Assembly: GCA_040400795.1 (NCBI GenBank)
Contig: JBBAPO010000001.1
Coordinates: 30,523 to 94,522, forward strand
DNA: 64,000 bases
Direction: 5' to 3'
From: Rhodoferax sp.
GTDB lineage: Bacteria > Pseudomonadota > Gammaproteobacteria > Burkholderiales > Burkholderiaceae_C
The notes under the pieces were generated by a model. The model ran no database searches and was not told the DNA's origin. It saw only the letters and a list, made by a program, of their open reading frames with translations. Below are positions 31,131 to 43,479 of this stretch, piece after piece. Both the position numbers and the translations under genes were made by a program. The first letter of the stretch is position 1, and the number at the start of each line of letters is the position of its first letter.

Positions 31131-31627
31131 GCACATCAGTTGTTTCAGAGGCAGGCCTGGCGCGGTTTGCGCGCGAAGTCGCCAAGTACCCCCCTGAGCA
31201 AAAGCAGTCGGCGGTAATGGCCTGCTTGGCCATCGTCCAGCAGGAAGCCGGCTTTGTCAGCGCAGAGAGCGAAAAGGTGGTGGCTGACTACCTTGGCATG
31301 GCGCCCATTGCGGTGCGTGAGGTCACCACTTTTTACAACATGTACAACCAGCGCCCGGTGGGCAAGTACAAGCTCAATGTCTGCACCAATTTGCCCTGCC
31401 AGTTGCGTGATGGCGGTCGCGCCTTGAAGCATCTCGAGCATAAGCTTGGCGTGCACATGGGCGAGACCACACCGGACGGCATGTTCACTTTGCAGCAGTC
31501 GGAATGTCTGGGTGCTTGTGCGGACTCGCCGGTGCTGCTGGTCAATGACCGCACCATGTGCAGCTTCATGACCGACGATAAGTTAGACCAACTGGTAGAT
31601 GGCCTGCGGGAAGCGGAGAAATCATGA
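31127..31627 (+). CDS. nuoE: NADH-quinone oxidoreductase subunit E
   Basis: Has 2Fe-2S Cys ligands (VCTNLPC..ECLGAC). Confidence 0.95.
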   Translation: MSTSVVSEAGLARFAREVAKYPPEQKQSAVMACLAIVQQEAGFVSAESEKVVADYLGMAPIAVREVTTFYNMYNQRPVGKYKLNVCTNLPCQLRDGGRALKHLEHKLGVHMGETTPDGMFTLQQSECLGACADSPVLLVNDRTMCSFMTDDKLDQLVDGLREAEKS

Positions 31628-32979
31628 TGAACGCTGACCAAATTTTGAGCCAGTTCCAAGCCAATGGCGTGCAAACTTGCTTTCATGACCGGCATATCAA
31701 CCCGCAGATCTACGCGGGTTTGAATGGCAGCAACTGGCGGCTCGCCGACTATGAGGCGCGCGGCGGCTATGCGGCGCTGCGCAAGATCCTCGCTCGTGAT
31801 GGCGGCGAAGGCCTAACCCAAGACCAAGTCATTGCGACGGTCAAGGAATCGGCCCTGCGTGGCCGTGGCGGCGCAGGGTTCCCGAGCGGGCTCAAGTGGA
31901 GCTTCATGCCACGGCAGTTTCCGGGCCAAAAATACCTGGTCTGCAACTCGGACGAGGGTGAGCCCGGGACCTGCAAAGACCGCGACATCCTGCAGTTCAA
32001 CCCGCATATCGTGATCGAAGGCATGATCATCGCAGCCTATGCCATGGGCATCACGGTAGGCTACAACTACATTCACGGCGAGATCTTCAAAAGCTACGAG
32101 CGTTTTGAAGAGGCACTGGACGAGGCGCGTGCTGCCGGTTTGCTGGGTGACAAGATCTTGGGGAGTGGCTTCAGTTTTCAACTCCATGCAGCGCACGGCT
32201 TTGGCGCCTACATTTGCGGCGAGGAGACCGCCCTGCTTGAATCACTGGAAGGCAAAAAAGGGCAGCCGCGCTTCAAGCCCCCGTTCCCTGCCAGTTTCGG
32301 GCTGTACGGTAAACCGACCACCATCAACAACACGGAAACCTTTGCCGCAGTGCCTTGGATCATCCGCAATGGTGGCGCAGCCTACCTGGCCTGTGGCAAG
32401 CCTAACAATGGTGGCACCAAGATATATTCAGTCAGCGGCGACGTGGAGCTGCCTGGCAACTACGAGGTGCCCATGGGTACGCCGTTTGCCAAACTGCTGG
32501 AAATCGCCGGTGGTGTGCGCAGTGGTCGTCAGTTAAAGGCGGTGATTCCAGGCGGCTCCTCCTCGCCCATCCTGCCCGGGACCATCATGATGGACCTGAC
32601 CATGGACTACGACGCCATTGCCAAAGCCGGCTCAATGCTGGGATCAGGCGCGGTCATTGTGCTGGACGACTCCCGCTGCATGGTCAAGAGCCTGCAGCGT
32701 CTGAGCTATTTCTACATGCACGAGTCGTGTGGGCAGTGCACCCCCTGCCGCGAAGGCACGGGCTGGCTGTCGCGCATGGTTGACCGGATCGAAACCGGAC
32801 ATGGTCGACCCTCTGACATGGATTTGCTGAACTCAGTGGCTGACAACATTCAGGGGCGCACCATCTGCGCCCTGGGTGATGCTGCAGCGATGCCCGTGCG
32901 CGCCATGATCAAGCACTACCGTCACGAATTTGAATACCACGTAGAGCACAAGACCTGTATGGTCCCAGCCTACGTCTGA
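31624..32979 (+). CDS. nuoF: NADH-quinone oxidoreductase subunit F
   Basis: Contains [20 protein letters not shown] and [12 protein letters not shown]. Confidence 0.95.
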   Translation: MMNADQILSQFQANGVQTCFHDRHINPQIYAGLNGSNWRLADYEARGGYAALRKILARDGGEGLTQDQVIATVKESALRGRGGAGFPSGLKWSFMPRQFPGQKYLVCNSDEGEPGTCKDRDILQFNPHIVIEGMIIAAYAMGITVGYNYIHGEIFKSYERFEEALDEARAAGLLGDKILGSGFSFQLHAAHGFGAYICGEETALLESLEGKKGQPRFKPPFPASFGLYGKPTTINNTETFAAVPWIIRNGGAAYLACGKPNNGGTKIYSVSGDVELPGNYEVPMGTPFAKLLEIAGGVRSGRQLKAVIPGGSSSPILPGTIMMDLTMDYDAIAKAGSMLGSGAVIVLDDSRCMVKSLQRLSYFYMHESCGQCTPCREGTGWLSRMVDRIETGHGRPSDMDLLNSVADNIQGRTICALGDAAAMPVRAMIKHYRHEFEYHVEHKTCMVPAYV

Positions 32980-32991
32980 GCGAGTGCTGCC

Positions 32992-35130
32992 ATGATTGAA
33001 ATTGAACTCGACGGCAAGAAGGTGGACATTGTTGAAGGCAGCATGATCATGCATGCGGCCGAGAAGGCTGGCACCTACATACCCCATTTTTGTTACCACA
33101 AGAAGCTCAGCATCGCCGCCAACTGCCGCATGTGCCTGGTCGATGTGGAGAAAATGCCCAAGCCCATGCCGGCTTGCGCCACGCCAGTCACGCAAGGCAT
33201 GATCGTACGGACCAAGAGCGACAAAGCGATCAAGGCGCAAAAGTCAGTGATGGAGTTTTTGCTGATCAACCACCCGCTGGATTGCCCGATCTGCGACCAA
33301 GGTGGCGAGTGCCAGTTGCAAGACCTGGCAGTCGGCTACGGCGGGTCGTCATCGCGCTATGAAGAAGACAAGCGGGTCGTGGCAGTCAAGGATGTCGGAC
33401 CGTTGATTTCCATGCAGGAAATGAGCCGCTGCATCCACTGCACCCGCTGCGTGCGCTTTGGCCAGGAAGTGGCCGGCGTGATGGAGTTGGGCATGTCGCA
33501 CCGCGGCGAGCATGCCGAGATTGAAACCTTTGTCGGCCAGTCGGTGGATTCAGAGTTGTCGGGCAACATGATTGATATTTGTCCGGTCGGTGCCTTGACC
33601 AGCAAGCCCTTCCGTTACAGTGCCCGCACCTGGGAGCTGTCGCGCCGCAAGTCAGTCAGCCCGCATGACTCCACCGGAGCCAATCTGGTGGTGCAGGTCA
33701 AAAATAACCGGGTGATGCGCGTGGTGCCTCTCGAAAATGAGGCCGTCAACGAATGCTGGATAGCAGACCGTGACCGCTTCTCTTATGAGGCGCTGAACAG
33801 CGATGAGCGCTTGACCAGCCCCATGGTCAAGCAGGGGGGCGTTTGGCAGGCAGTGGACTGGCAGACGGCTCTGGAGTATGTGGCTAACGGGCTGACGCAA
33901 ATCAAAGCCGAGCACGGCGCGAGCAGCCTGGGGGCCTTGTTGAGCCCACACAGCACGCTTGAAGAACTGATGCTGGCCGGTGCGCTGATGCGCGGGCTGG
34001 GCAGTCACAACATTGACCATCGCCTTCGTCATGCCGAGTTTGTCCCGGCCGACGGCGTGCGCCATCTCGGCCTGCCGATCGCAGCCCTGTCTGACTTGCA
34101 GCGCGTTCTGGTGGTGGGTTCTAACTTGCGCAAAGACCACCCCCTGTTTGCACAACGCATCCGGCAAGCCGTACGCAAGGGCGCCGCGGTCAGCGTGTTG
34201 ACTGATCAAGTGCAGGACTGGGCCATACCTGTCACCCATTCGTTGGTGCAACCGGCCAGCCATTGGGCTCAGGCATTGGCCGATGTTGCCGCTGCCTTGG
34301 CCGCCGAGAAGGGCGTCAACCCGCCCATGGGGTCTGGCCAAATCACTGAGACGGCCCGCGCCATAGCCTTGTCACTGTTGGGTGGTGAGCGCAAGGCAGT
34401 GCTGTTGGGCAATGCGGCCGCCCATCACGCCAAGGCATCCAGCCTGTTGGCGCTGGCCAACTGGATTGCCGACCACAGCGGCGCCACGGTGGGTTATCTC
34501 ACCGAGGCGGCCAACACCGTGGGGGCGCAGTTTGCCTGTGCCTTGCCTGGCCACGAAGGACTCAACGCCGGCCAGATGCTTGCCGGCGGTCTGAAAGGTG
34601 TGCTGCTGCTGAACACCGAGCCTGAATTCGACTCTAGCGCTGGCGCAGCGTCGGCTGCATCCTTGGGACAAGCGCGCATGGTGGTCACATTGAGCCCGTT
34701 CAAGGCCAATATGGCTTTCAGTGACGTGTTGCTGCCGATTGCGCCATTCACCGAAACATCGGGCACCTTTGTCAATGCCGAGGGGCGGGTGCAGGGCTTC
34801 CATGCGGTGGTCAAGCCAATGGGCGAAACCCGGCCAGCCTGGAAGGTCTTGCGCGTGTTGGCCAATTTGTTGGGTCTGCCAGACTTTGATTTTGACTCTT
34901 CGCAAGCAGTGTTGAGGCTGGCCCCTGCGCTGAGTCAGCCAGGTGTGACGCATATCCCTGGTGACTTGATGAGCAATTCCACCAAAGCTGCGATGGACGC
35001 TACGCCTGTCTCGCACGTGCCGGTCGTGGCCGGCATTTATGCCTTGGACGGCCTTGTGCGCCGGGCCACCAGCCTGCAAATGACCGCCGATGCCCGGGGT
35101 CACACCGCGGCTAAGGAGGTCGCAGCATGA
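32992..35130 (+). CDS. nuoG: NADH-quinone oxidoreductase subunit G
   Basis: Has the N-terminal 2Fe-2S and 4Fe-4S motifs ([36 protein letters not shown]). Confidence 0.95.
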   Translation: MIEIELDGKKVDIVEGSMIMHAAEKAGTYIPHFCYHKKLSIAANCRMCLVDVEKMPKPMPACATPVTQGMIVRTKSDKAIKAQKSVMEFLLINHPLDCPICDQGGECQLQDLAVGYGGSSSRYEEDKRVVAVKDVGPLISMQEMSRCIHCTRCVRFGQEVAGVMELGMSHRGEHAEIETFVGQSVDSELSGNMIDICPVGALTSKPFRYSARTWELSRRKSVSPHDSTGANLVVQVKNNRVMRVVPLENEAVNECWIADRDRFSYEALNSDERLTSPMVKQGGVWQAVDWQTALEYVANGLTQIKAEHGASSLGALLSPHSTLEELMLAGALMRGLGSHNIDHRLRHAEFVPADGVRHLGLPIAALSDLQRVLVVGSNLRKDHPLFAQRIRQAVRKGAAVSVLTDQVQDWAIPVTHSLVQPASHWAQALADVAAALAAEKGVNPPMGSGQITETARAIALSLLGGERKAVLLGNAAAHHAKASSLLALANWIADHSGATVGYLTEAANTVGAQFACALPGHEGLNAGQMLAGGLKGVLLLNTEPEFDSSAGAASAASLGQARMVVTLSPFKANMAFSDVLLPIAPFTETSGTFVNAEGRVQGFHAVVKPMGETRPAWKVLRVLANLLGLPDFDFDSSQAVLRLAPALSQPGVTHIPGDLMSNSTKAAMDATPVSHVPVVAGIYALDGLVRRATSLQMTADARGHTAAKEVAA

Positions 35131-36209
35131 TCGATGCCTTGTTCAATTTTGGTCAGGGTTTGCTCTCGGCGCCCTGGTGGGCGTTGGCCGGCTGGCCCGT
35201 TGTCTGGACCCTCATGAAAATCGTGGCGGTGGTCCTGCCGCTGATGGGCGCCGTGGCTTACCTCACTCTGTGGGAGCGCAAGTTTCTGGGCTGGATGCAG
35301 GTGCGCGTTGGCCCGAATCGGGTTGGGCCGCTGGGCCTGCTGCAGCCAATCGCTGACGCACTCAAGCTGCTTGCCAAGGAAATCCTGGTACCCACCGCAG
35401 CCAGCAAGGGTTTGTTCTTCATCGGGCCGATTCTGACCATCATGCCGGCCCTGGCTGCCTGGGTTGTGATTCCATTTGGGCCAGACGTGGCCTTGGCCAA
35501 CATCAACGCCGGCCTGTTGTTTGTAATGGCCATTACGTCAATGGAAGTTTATGGCGTCGTCATCGCGGGCTGGGCCTCCAACTCCAAGTACTCTTTCCTT
35601 GGCGCCTTACGCGCCTCAGCGCAGATGGTGAGCTATGAAATCGCCATGGGGTTTTGCTTGGTGGTGGTGCTGATGGTGTCAGCCAGCATGAACCTGACCG
35701 ATATTGTTACCGGCCAGGGTAAAGGCTATTTTGCCCAAATGGGCCTGAATTTCCTGTCCTGGAACTGGCTGCCCTTGCTGCCCATTTTTGTGGTGTACGT
35801 GATCTCGGGTCTGGCTGAGACCAATCGCCACCCCTTCGACGTGGTGGAGGGCGAGGCTGAGATCGTGGCAGGACACATGGTGGAGTACTCTGGTATGTCC
35901 TACGCCATGTTCTACCTGGCTGAGTACGCCAACATGTGGCTGGTGTCGATTCTGGCGGCCATCATGTTCCTGGGCGGCTGGATCGCGCCCGTCGACAGTG
36001 CACTGTTCAATTGGATTCCGGGTTGGGTCTGGCTGGGCATCAAGACCTGTGCCGTCGTGAGTTTGTTCATCTGGGTGCGCGCCACGTTTCCGAGGTTCCG
36101 CTACGACCAGATCATGCGGCTGGGTTGGAAAATCTTCATACCAGTCACACTGGTTTGGTTGGTGGTCGTTGGCGCCTGGATGCAGACCTCTTTCAACATC
36201 TGGCAGTAA
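35127..36209 (+). CDS. nuoH: NADH-quinone oxidoreductase subunit H
   Basis: Contains [21 protein letters not shown] and ETNRHPFD. Confidence 0.95.
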   Translation: MIDALFNFGQGLLSAPWWALAGWPVVWTLMKIVAVVLPLMGAVAYLTLWERKFLGWMQVRVGPNRVGPLGLLQPIADALKLLAKEILVPTAASKGLFFIGPILTIMPALAAWVVIPFGPDVALANINAGLLFVMAITSMEVYGVVIAGWASNSKYSFLGALRASAQMVSYEIAMGFCLVVVLMVSASMNLTDIVTGQGKGYFAQMGLNFLSWNWLPLLPIFVVYVISGLAETNRHPFDVVEGEAEIVAGHMVEYSGMSYAMFYLAEYANMWLVSILAAIMFLGGWIAPVDSALFNWIPGWVWLGIKTCAVVSLFIWVRATFPRFRYDQIMRLGWKIFIPVTLVWLVVVGAWMQTSFNIWQ

Positions 36210-36221
36210 GAGGATTCACCC

Positions 36222-36743
36222 ATGTCGACCATTGCTCCAGCGCGTCCGGCCTCCGCCTTTTCGCTCAAAGATTTTTTAACCAGCTTTTTACTGCTGGAAC
36301 TCTTCAAGGGCATGGCCCTGACCGGGCGCTACCTGTTCAAGCGCAAGGTCACGGTGCAGTTCCCCGAAGAGAAAACGCCCTTGTCGCCGCGCTTTAGAGG
36401 CCTGCACGCCTTGCGACGCTATGAAAACGGTGAGGAACGCTGCATCGCCTGCAAGCTCTGCGAGGCGGTATGTCCGGCCATGGCGATCACGATTGAGTCC
36501 GAGGTCCGCGCAGATGGCTCACGTCGTACCAGTCGGTACGACATCGACCTGACCAAGTGCATTTTTTGCGGTTTCTGTGAAGAGAGCTGCCCGGTGGATT
36601 CGATTGTTGAAACGCATATTCTGGAGTACCACGGTGAAAAACGGGGAGACCTGTACTTCACAAAGGAGATGCTGCTGGCCGTAGGTGACCGCTACGAAGG
36701 CGAGATTGCGGCAGCCAAGGCGGCCGACGCCAAGTACCGCTGA
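36222..36743 (+). CDS. nuoI: NADH-quinone oxidoreductase subunit I
   Basis: Has two 4Fe-4S motifs, [12 protein letters not shown] and [12 protein letters not shown]. Confidence 0.95.
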   Translation: MSTIAPARPASAFSLKDFLTSFLLLELFKGMALTGRYLFKRKVTVQFPEEKTPLSPRFRGLHALRRYENGEERCIACKLCEAVCPAMAITIESEVRADGSRRTSRYDIDLTKCIFCGFCEESCPVDSIVETHILEYHGEKRGDLYFTKEMLLAVGDRYEGEIAAAKAADAKYR

Positions 36744-36769
36744 TCGGCTGCACGAAAGAAAACCAAGTC

Positions 36770-37429
36770 ATGGATGTCAAAACAGCTTTCTTTTATGCGT
36801 TCTCGGCGGTGCTGCTGTTTGCAGCATTCCGTGTGATCACCGCCCGTAACCCAGTGCACGCGGCCCTTTTCCTGGTTTTGTCGTTTTTCCAGGCGGCCAT
36901 GATCTGGATGCTGCTTAAAGCGGAATTTCTGGCCATTACCCTGGTGCTGGTGTATGTCGGTGCGGTCATGGTGCTGTTCTTGTTCGTGGTGATGATGATG
37001 GACATCAATGGTGAGAGCATCCGCCAGGGCTTTTGGAAGCATTTCCCCCTGGCTGCCGTGGTGGGCGTGTTGATAGCGCTTGAAATGGCTGCCGTGCTCA
37101 TGGGCGGTTTTCGCGTCAGCGAGGAGCCCCAGGTGGCGGCAGTGCCGGGCCAAGCGGTGGCGCAGTTGTCCAACACCCGCGAGTTGGGCAAGGTGCTTTA
37201 CACCGAATACGTTTACCCACTTGAAATAGCTGCCGCGATTTTGCTGGTGGCCATGATTGCTGCCATCGCGCTCACACTGCGCCAGCGCAAGGACAGTAAA
37301 TTCGTCAGTCCTTCAGACCAGGTGCGGGTGAAAGCGCGCGATCGACTCACTGTGCTGACCATGCCTGCCACCCAGGCTGCCTTGCCGCACAGCGATGACG
37401 GTGCCCCTACGTCGGAGACTAAATCATGA
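36770..37429 (+). CDS. nuoJ: NADH-quinone oxidoreductase subunit J
   Basis: Membrane subunit in the conserved position. Contains [16 protein letters not shown]. Confidence 0.93.
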   Translation: MDVKTAFFYAFSAVLLFAAFRVITARNPVHAALFLVLSFFQAAMIWMLLKAEFLAITLVLVYVGAVMVLFLFVVMMMDINGESIRQGFWKHFPLAAVVGVLIALEMAAVLMGGFRVSEEPQVAAVPGQAVAQLSNTRELGKVLYTEYVYPLEIAAAILLVAMIAAIALTLRQRKDSKFVSPSDQVRVKARDRLTVLTMPATQAALPHSDDGAPTSETKS

Positions 37430-37734
37430 CCCTGACCCTCGGACACTTTCTGTCGCTTGGCGCGATTCTTTTTGCCCTGTCGGTGATCGGCATCTTCTTG
37501 AATCGTAAAAACCTGATCGTGCTGCTGATGGCGATTGAACTGATGCTGCTGGCGGTCAACACCAACTTTGTGGCCTTTTCCCATTACCTGGGTGACATGC
37601 ACGGTCAGATTTTCGTGTTCTTCATCTTGACGGTGGCGGCGGCAGAGTCTGCCATCGGCCTGGCTATTTTGGTGCTGCTGTTCCGCAACAAGTCCAGCAT
37701 CAATGTGGACGAACTCAACACGCTCAAGGGTTAA
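37426..37734 (+). CDS. nuoK: NADH-quinone oxidoreductase subunit K
   Basis: 102 aa, containing [11 protein letters not shown] and [10 protein letters not shown]. Confidence 0.95.
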   Translation: MTLTLGHFLSLGAILFALSVIGIFLNRKNLIVLLMAIELMLLAVNTNFVAFSHYLGDMHGQIFVFFILTVAAAESAIGLAILVLLFRNKSSINVDELNTLKG

Positions 37735-37739
37735 CAACA

Positions 37740-39794
37740 ATGAGTCAAACCCTGAACGCTTCAACCTTGCTGGCGGTCCCAATGGCGCCGCTGGTGGGCG
37801 CTATCCTGGCTGGCGTCCTTGGAACCCAATTCGGCGGTAACTGGATCGGTCGGCGTATGTCGCATTCGCTGACCATTCTGGGGGTGTTGCTGTCCTTTGT
37901 CTTGTCGGCCATGACGCTGGTCAGTGTGGCATTTGACGGCGCGCGATTCAATGAGACGCTCTACACCTGGATGGTGGTCGGTGGGCTGAAGATGGAAATC
38001 GGCTTCCTGGTCGATGGGCTGACCGCCATGATGATGTGCGTGGTCACCTTTGTATCGCTGATGGTGCATCTGTACACCGTGGGCTACATGGAAGAGGACG
38101 AGGGCTACAACCGCTTCTTTGCCTACATCTCTTTGTTCACCTTTGCCATGCTGATGCTGGTGATGAGCAACAACCTGTTACAGCTGTTCTTTGGGTGGGA
38201 AGCGGTTGGTTTGGTCTCTTACCTCTTGATCGGTTTCTGGTTCAACAAGCCGACGGCCATCTTTGCCAATATGAAGGCCTTCCTGGTTAACCGGGTCGGT
38301 GACTTTGGTTTTATTCTTGGCATTGGTCTGATCGTGGCCTACGCCGGCTCACTGAATTACGCTGAAGTGTTCGCCAAATCAGGCGAGCTGGCCAAGATCG
38401 GCTTTCCGGGTACCGACTCGCTGCTGGTGACGGTGATTTGCATCTGCCTCTTCATTGGTGCCATGGGCAAGTCGGCACAGTTCCCCTTGCATGTTTGGTT
38501 GCCGGACTCCATGGAAGGTCCAACGCCCATCTCAGCCCTGATTCATGCGGCTACCATGGTCACAGCGGGTATCTTCATGGTGGCCCGCATGTCACCGCTG
38601 TTTGAGCTGAGTGACACAGCCTTGAACTTCGTCATGGTGATTGGTGCCATCACAGCCTTGTTCATGGGCTTCCTGGGCATCATCCAGAATGACATCAAGC
38701 GCGTTGTGGCGTATTCAACCTTGTCTCAGCTGGGCTACATGACCGTGGCACTCGGTGCCTCGGCCTACTCAGTGGCTGTGTTCCACCTGATGACGCACGC
38801 CTTCTTCAAGGCGCTGTTGTTTCTGGCGGCCGGCTCGGTGATCATGGGCGTGCACCACAACCAGGACATCCGCTGGATGGGCGGGCTACGCAAGTACATG
38901 CCCATCACTTGGATCACCGCCCTGCTGGGCTCGCTTGCCTTGATTGGCACGCCGCTGTTTTCGGGCTTTTACTCCAAAGACGAGATCATCATGGCGGTTC
39001 ACGCCAGTACTTTGCCAGGCGCCGGGTTCGCTTATTTCGCAGTGCTCGCGGGTGTGTTCATCACAGCCTTTTACTCGTTTCGCATGTATTTCTTGGTGTT
39101 CCATGGCAAGCCACGTTTTGACCAGAATCCCGATGCGCATCAGCATGTCCATGACGCAGCGCACCATGATGACGGACACGCACACCCACACGGGCACCAT
39201 GCCGCAGATTCCCATGCGCCGCACGAGTCGCCCTGGGTCGTCACGTTGCCGCTGGTCCTGTTGGCTATTCCATCTGTGCTGATCGGATTCATCACCATCC
39301 AGCCCATGCTGTTTGGCGATTTCTTCAAGAATGCGATTTTTGTCAACCTTGAGTTGCATAAGGCGATGGTGGTCTTGCGCGAAGAATTTCATGGCCCGCT
39401 GCAACTGGCACTGCATGGCCTTAGTGCTGCGCCATTCTGGCTGGCGCTGGCTGGTGTTGCCAGTGCCTATTACCTGTACATGGTGAATCCAGCTTTGCCG
39501 GCTGCGATCAAAACCCGGTTGCAACCTCTTTACACGCTGCTTGAGAACAAGTACTACATGGACTGGTTCAATGAGAATGTCTTGGCGCGGGGCGCACGCG
39601 CACTGGGCACGGGTTTGTGGAAGGGGGGCGACCAGGCGGTGATTGACGGTGTGCTGGTCAACGGTGCCTGGAAACTCGTCGCCTGGGTCGCTAGCGTGAT
39701 TCGTCGAGTGCAGACGGGTTACCTGTACCACTACGCCCTGGTCATGATTCTTGGTGTTTTTGTGCTCATGACGTACTTCGTCTGGCTCAAGTAG
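37740..39794 (+). CDS. nuoL: NADH-quinone oxidoreductase subunit L (with a His-rich insert)
   Basis: Antiporter-like subunit containing GWEAVGLVSYLLIGFW and KSAQFPLHVWLPD. The His-rich segment is at roughly 39127-39230. Confidence 0.95.
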   Translation: MSQTLNASTLLAVPMAPLVGAILAGVLGTQFGGNWIGRRMSHSLTILGVLLSFVLSAMTLVSVAFDGARFNETLYTWMVVGGLKMEIGFLVDGLTAMMMCVVTFVSLMVHLYTVGYMEEDEGYNRFFAYISLFTFAMLMLVMSNNLLQLFFGWEAVGLVSYLLIGFWFNKPTAIFANMKAFLVNRVGDFGFILGIGLIVAYAGSLNYAEVFAKSGELAKIGFPGTDSLLVTVICICLFIGAMGKSAQFPLHVWLPDSMEGPTPISALIHAATMVTAGIFMVARMSPLFELSDTALNFVMVIGAITALFMGFLGIIQNDIKRVVAYSTLSQLGYMTVALGASAYSVAVFHLMTHAFFKALLFLAAGSVIMGVHHNQDIRWMGGLRKYMPITWITALLGSLALIGTPLFSGFYSKDEIIMAVHASTLPGAGFAYFAVLAGVFITAFYSFRMYFLVFHGKPRFDQNPDAHQHVHDAAHHDDGHAHPHGHHAADSHAPHESPWVVTLPLVLLAIPSVLIGFITIQPMLFGDFFKNAIFVNLELHKAMVVLREEFHGPLQLALHGLSAAPFWLALAGVASAYYLYMVNPALPAAIKTRLQPLYTLLENKYYMDWFNENVLARGARALGTGLWKGGDQAVIDGVLVNGAWKLVAWVASVIRRVQTGYLYHYALVMILGVFVLMTYFVWLK

Positions 39795-39807
39795 GAGAAC
39801 AATAAAA

Positions 39808-41283
39808 ATGGGTTTGCTGAGCCTGGCTATCTGGACGCCTATTGCTTTTGGTGTGGTGCTGCTTGCACTTGGCCGCGACGAGCAGGCACCCATGGTGCGC
39901 TGGGTTGCGCTGGCTGGCGCTCTGGTCAGTTTTCTTGTCACCCTGCCCCTGTATGAGGGCTTCAAACTGGGCACAGCTGCGATGCAGTTTGTGGAGCGGG
40001 CGCCCTGGATTGCCCGATTCAATGTCAACTACCACCTTGGGCTTGATGGGATTTCGCTCTGGTTTGTGTTGCTGACAGCGTTCATCAACCTGGTGGTGGT
40101 GATCGCAGGTTGGGAGGTGATCACCCGGCGTGTCAACCAGTACATGGGCGCCTTCCTGATTCTCAGCGGGTTGATGATTGGCGTCTTTTGTGCCCTGGAT
40201 GGGCTGTTGTTCTACGTCTTTTTTGAAGCAACCCTGATCCCGATGTACCTGATCATCGGCATTTGGGGTGGGCCCAACAAAATTTACGCGGCTTTCAAGT
40301 TCTTTTTGTATACCTTGCTCGGCTCGCTGCTGATGCTGATCGCCCTGATTTACCTCTACACCCACTCCGGTGGCAGTTTTGACCTCGCTGTGTGGCACAA
40401 ACTGCCGTTGGGCGGCAGCGTGCAAACCCTGTTGTTTTTTGCCTTTTTTGCGGCCTTCGCGGTCAAGGTGCCGATGTGGCCGGTACACACCTGGCTGCCG
40501 GACGTTCACGTTGAGGCGCCCACAGGCGGCTCGGCAGTGCTGGCTGCCATCATGCTGAAACTGGGCGCCTATGGCTTCTTGCGCTTTGCGATGCCTATTG
40601 CACCCGACGCGGCACGGGAGTGGGCCTGGTTCATGGTCGCGCTGTCGCTGATCGCGGTGGTCTATGTCGGTTTGGTGGCGATGGTGCAGCAGGACATGAA
40701 AAAGCTGGTGGCTTACTCCTCAGTGGCGCACATGGGCTTTGTCACCTTGGGTTTCTTTATTTTCAACAATTTGGGCGTATCCGGCGCGATCGTTCAAATG
40801 ATTGCCCACGGCTTTGTCTCAGCGGCGATGTTCCTGTCGATTGGCGTGCTGTACGACCGTGTCCATTCACGCGAAATTGCCAGCTACGGCGGTGTGGTCA
40901 ACACCATGCCGCGCTTTACAGCCTTTGCTTTGCTGTTTGCCATGGCCAACTGCGGGCTACCGGGTACCGCTGGCTTCGTGGGCGAATGGATGGTGATCCT
41001 TGGCGCCGTGAAAGCCAATTTCTGGATCGGTGCCTTGGCTGCCAGCGCCCTGATCTTTGGTGCGGCTTACACGCTGTGGATGTTCAAGCGGGTGTACCTG
41101 GGGCCCGTGGCCAACGATGACGTGAAGGGCTTGGTCGACATCAACAGCCGTGAGTTCCTGGTGCTGGCGCTGCTGGCGGTGGCCACGATCTACATGGGCG
41201 TCTACCCAAAACCATTTACCGACGTGATGGACAGCTCAGTGACGGAGTTGCTCAAGCACGTGGCGCAGTCGAAGCTGCGTTGA
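39808..41283 (+). CDS. nuoM: NADH-quinone oxidoreductase subunit M
   Basis: Antiporter-like subunit containing VKVPMWPVHTWLPDVHVEAPT. Confidence 0.95.
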   Translation: MGLLSLAIWTPIAFGVVLLALGRDEQAPMVRWVALAGALVSFLVTLPLYEGFKLGTAAMQFVERAPWIARFNVNYHLGLDGISLWFVLLTAFINLVVVIAGWEVITRRVNQYMGAFLILSGLMIGVFCALDGLLFYVFFEATLIPMYLIIGIWGGPNKIYAAFKFFLYTLLGSLLMLIALIYLYTHSGGSFDLAVWHKLPLGGSVQTLLFFAFFAAFAVKVPMWPVHTWLPDVHVEAPTGGSAVLAAIMLKLGAYGFLRFAMPIAPDAAREWAWFMVALSLIAVVYVGLVAMVQQDMKKLVAYSSVAHMGFVTLGFFIFNNLGVSGAIVQMIAHGFVSAAMFLSIGVLYDRVHSREIASYGGVVNTMPRFTAFALLFAMANCGLPGTAGFVGEWMVILGAVKANFWIGALAASALIFGAAYTLWMFKRVYLGPVANDDVKGLVDINSREFLVLALLAVATIYMGVYPKPFTDVMDSSVTELLKHVAQSKLR

Positions 41284-41321
41284 TCAGCCTGCCTTGGCTT
41301 CAATGACATAAGAGACGGAAC

Positions 41322-42809
41322 ATGATCGACAAACTCAGCTGGATCTCGGTGTTGCCCGAGATCATTCTCTTGGTGATGGCCTGCGTGATCGCGCTGACCG
41401 ATCTCGCTGTCAAGAGCCCTCGCCGGACCGGTACCTACGTCATGTCGCTGGTCACGCTGGCGGTCGTGGCCACCTTGCAGGCGCTGTACGCCAACAGTGC
41501 CAGCACGGTCTATGGCTTTAACAACATGGTGGTCAGTGATCCTTTGGGTAATTTGCTCAAATGCTTTGCCACTGTGGCGGTGATGGTGACCTTGGTCTAT
41601 GGTCGGCCCTATGCCGGCGACCGCGATATGTTGCGCGGCGGTGAGTTGTTCACGCTCAGTCTGTTTGCCCTGTTGGGCATGTTTGTCATGATCTCGGGCA
41701 ATAACTTTTTGGTCTTGTACATGGGGCTGGAACTGCTCACGCTCTCCAGCTACGCCCTGGTGGCGCTGCGCCGCGACAACGCCACCGCGACCGAAGCCGC
41801 CATGAAGTACTTTGTGCTGGGTGCACTGGCCTCTGGTTTCCTGCTCTACGGCTTGTCAATGATGTACGGCGCCACTGGGTCACTCGACGTCAACGCGGTG
41901 TTCCGCGCCATTAATTCGGGTCACGTCAACCACCAGGTGCTGGTGTTTGGCTTGGTGTTTGTCGTCTCGGGACTGGCCTTCAAGCTGGGTGTTGTGCCGT
42001 TTCACATGTGGATTCCAGACGTTTACCAGGGCGCGCCGACTGCCGTGACGCTGATGATCGGTGGCGCGCCCAAGTTGGCAGCTTTCGCGATCATGATCCG
42101 GCTGCTGGTCGAAGGCATGTTGCCGCTGGCGATTGATTGGCAGCAAATGTTGATGGTGCTGTCAGTCGGTTCGCTGCTGATCGGTAACTTGGCGGCGATT
42201 GCGCAAACCAACCTCAAGCGCATGCTGGCTTTTTCGACCATCTCCCAGATGGGTTTTGTGCTGCTGGGCATGATGTCGGGCGTGGTGAATGGCCAGGTCG
42301 ATTCGGCGGCCAACGCTTACAGCTCGTCCATGTTTTACGTCATCACCTATGTGTTGACCACGCTGGCCAGCTTTGGTGTCATCCTGCTGTTGGCGCGGGA
42401 CGGTTTTGAGAGTGAAGAAATCGCTGACTTTGCCGGGCTGAACCAGCGCAGTCCGCTGTATGCGGCAGTCATGGCCGTCTGTTTATTCTCGCTGGCGGGT
42501 ATTCCGCCGATGGTGGGTTTCTATGCCAAGCTGTCGGTGCTGCAGGCGCTGGTGGCTTCGGGTCAGGCTGTGTCAATCGGATTGGCAGTCTTTGCGGTGA
42601 TGATGTCTTTGGTTGGCGCGTTTTACTACTTGCGCGTGGTGAAGGTCATGTACTTTGACGAGCCTATTACGGCTACCACGGTGTCCGCGCCGCTGGACGT
42701 GCGTGTGGTGCTGTCCATCAACGGGGCACTGGTGCTGGTGCTGGGCCTGCTGCCCGGTGGCTTGATGGCGGTGTGCGCACGTGCTGTCGTGCAAATGCTC
42801 GGTAGCTGA
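41322..42809 (+). CDS. nuoN: NADH-quinone oxidoreductase subunit N
   Basis: Antiporter-like subunit containing [21 protein letters not shown]. It is the last gene of the operon. Confidence 0.95.
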   Translation: MIDKLSWISVLPEIILLVMACVIALTDLAVKSPRRTGTYVMSLVTLAVVATLQALYANSASTVYGFNNMVVSDPLGNLLKCFATVAVMVTLVYGRPYAGDRDMLRGGELFTLSLFALLGMFVMISGNNFLVLYMGLELLTLSSYALVALRRDNATATEAAMKYFVLGALASGFLLYGLSMMYGATGSLDVNAVFRAINSGHVNHQVLVFGLVFVVSGLAFKLGVVPFHMWIPDVYQGAPTAVTLMIGGAPKLAAFAIMIRLLVEGMLPLAIDWQQMLMVLSVGSLLIGNLAAIAQTNLKRMLAFSTISQMGFVLLGMMSGVVNGQVDSAANAYSSSMFYVITYVLTTLASFGVILLLARDGFESEEIADFAGLNQRSPLYAAVMAVCLFSLAGIPPMVGFYAKLSVLQALVASGQAVSIGLAVFAVMMSLVGAFYYLRVVKVMYFDEPITATTVSAPLDVRVVLSINGALVLVLGLLPGGLMAVCARAVVQMLGS

Positions 42810-42860
42810 AGCCTTGCTCGCAAAGCTGTGGCATCCTGACAGGGTCTTGTGGCGGGCAGC

Positions 42861-43472
42861 ATGACTGATCCAGACCAACACCTGACCGAAATCAAGCTCA
42901 GCAGCCAAGAGCTGCTCAAGGGCGGGTTTTTGCATGCCTTCAGCGACTCGGTGCAACTCCCCAATGGCCAGGTGGCCACGCGCGAGTATGTGGTCCATCC
43001 GGGTGCTGTGATGGTGGTGCCCATGCTGCAAGACGAGCTTGGCCACTGGCGTGTCGTGCTGGAGCGGCAGTACCGTTACCCGGTCAAGCGAGTGATGATC
43101 GAGTTTCCGGCGGGCAAGCTGGATCCGGGCGAGACAAGCCTGGCCTGCGCCCAACGTGAATTGATGGAGGAGACGGGCTACCGGGCCACGGAATGGGCGC
43201 GTGCTGGCATGTTGCACCCGGTGATCTCCTACTCAACCGAGTTCATTGACATCTGGTTTGCCCGTGGTGTGACAGCTGGCGAACGGCAGCTCGACGAAGG
43301 CGAGTTTTTGGATGTCTTCACCGCCACCCCAGACGAGCTGCTTCAATGGTGCCTGAGCGGGCAGGTGACCGACGGTAAGACGCTGGCTGGTGCGCTGTGG
43401 CTGCAAAATGTGTTGAGCGGGGCCTGGGCATTGGATTGGCACACTGCCGCAGGCCCAGGGCGCGCTGCATAA
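42861..43472 (+). CDS. NUDIX hydrolase (ADP-ribose pyrophosphatase-like)
   Basis: Has the Nudix box GKLDPGETSLACAQRELMEETGY. An alternative GTG start lies at 42849. Confidence 0.85.
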   Translation: MTDPDQHLTEIKLSSQELLKGGFLHAFSDSVQLPNGQVATREYVVHPGAVMVVPMLQDELGHWRVVLERQYRYPVKRVMIEFPAGKLDPGETSLACAQRELMEETGYRATEWARAGMLHPVISYSTEFIDIWFARGVTAGERQLDEGEFLDVFTATPDELLQWCLSGQVTDGKTLAGALWLQNVLSGAWALDWHTAAGPGRAA

Positions 43473-43479
43473 TCGTGCC

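Noticed and set aside
38886-40028. 380-aa minus-strand ORF
   Set aside because: It is antisense to nuoL/nuoM, so it is a shadow ORF.
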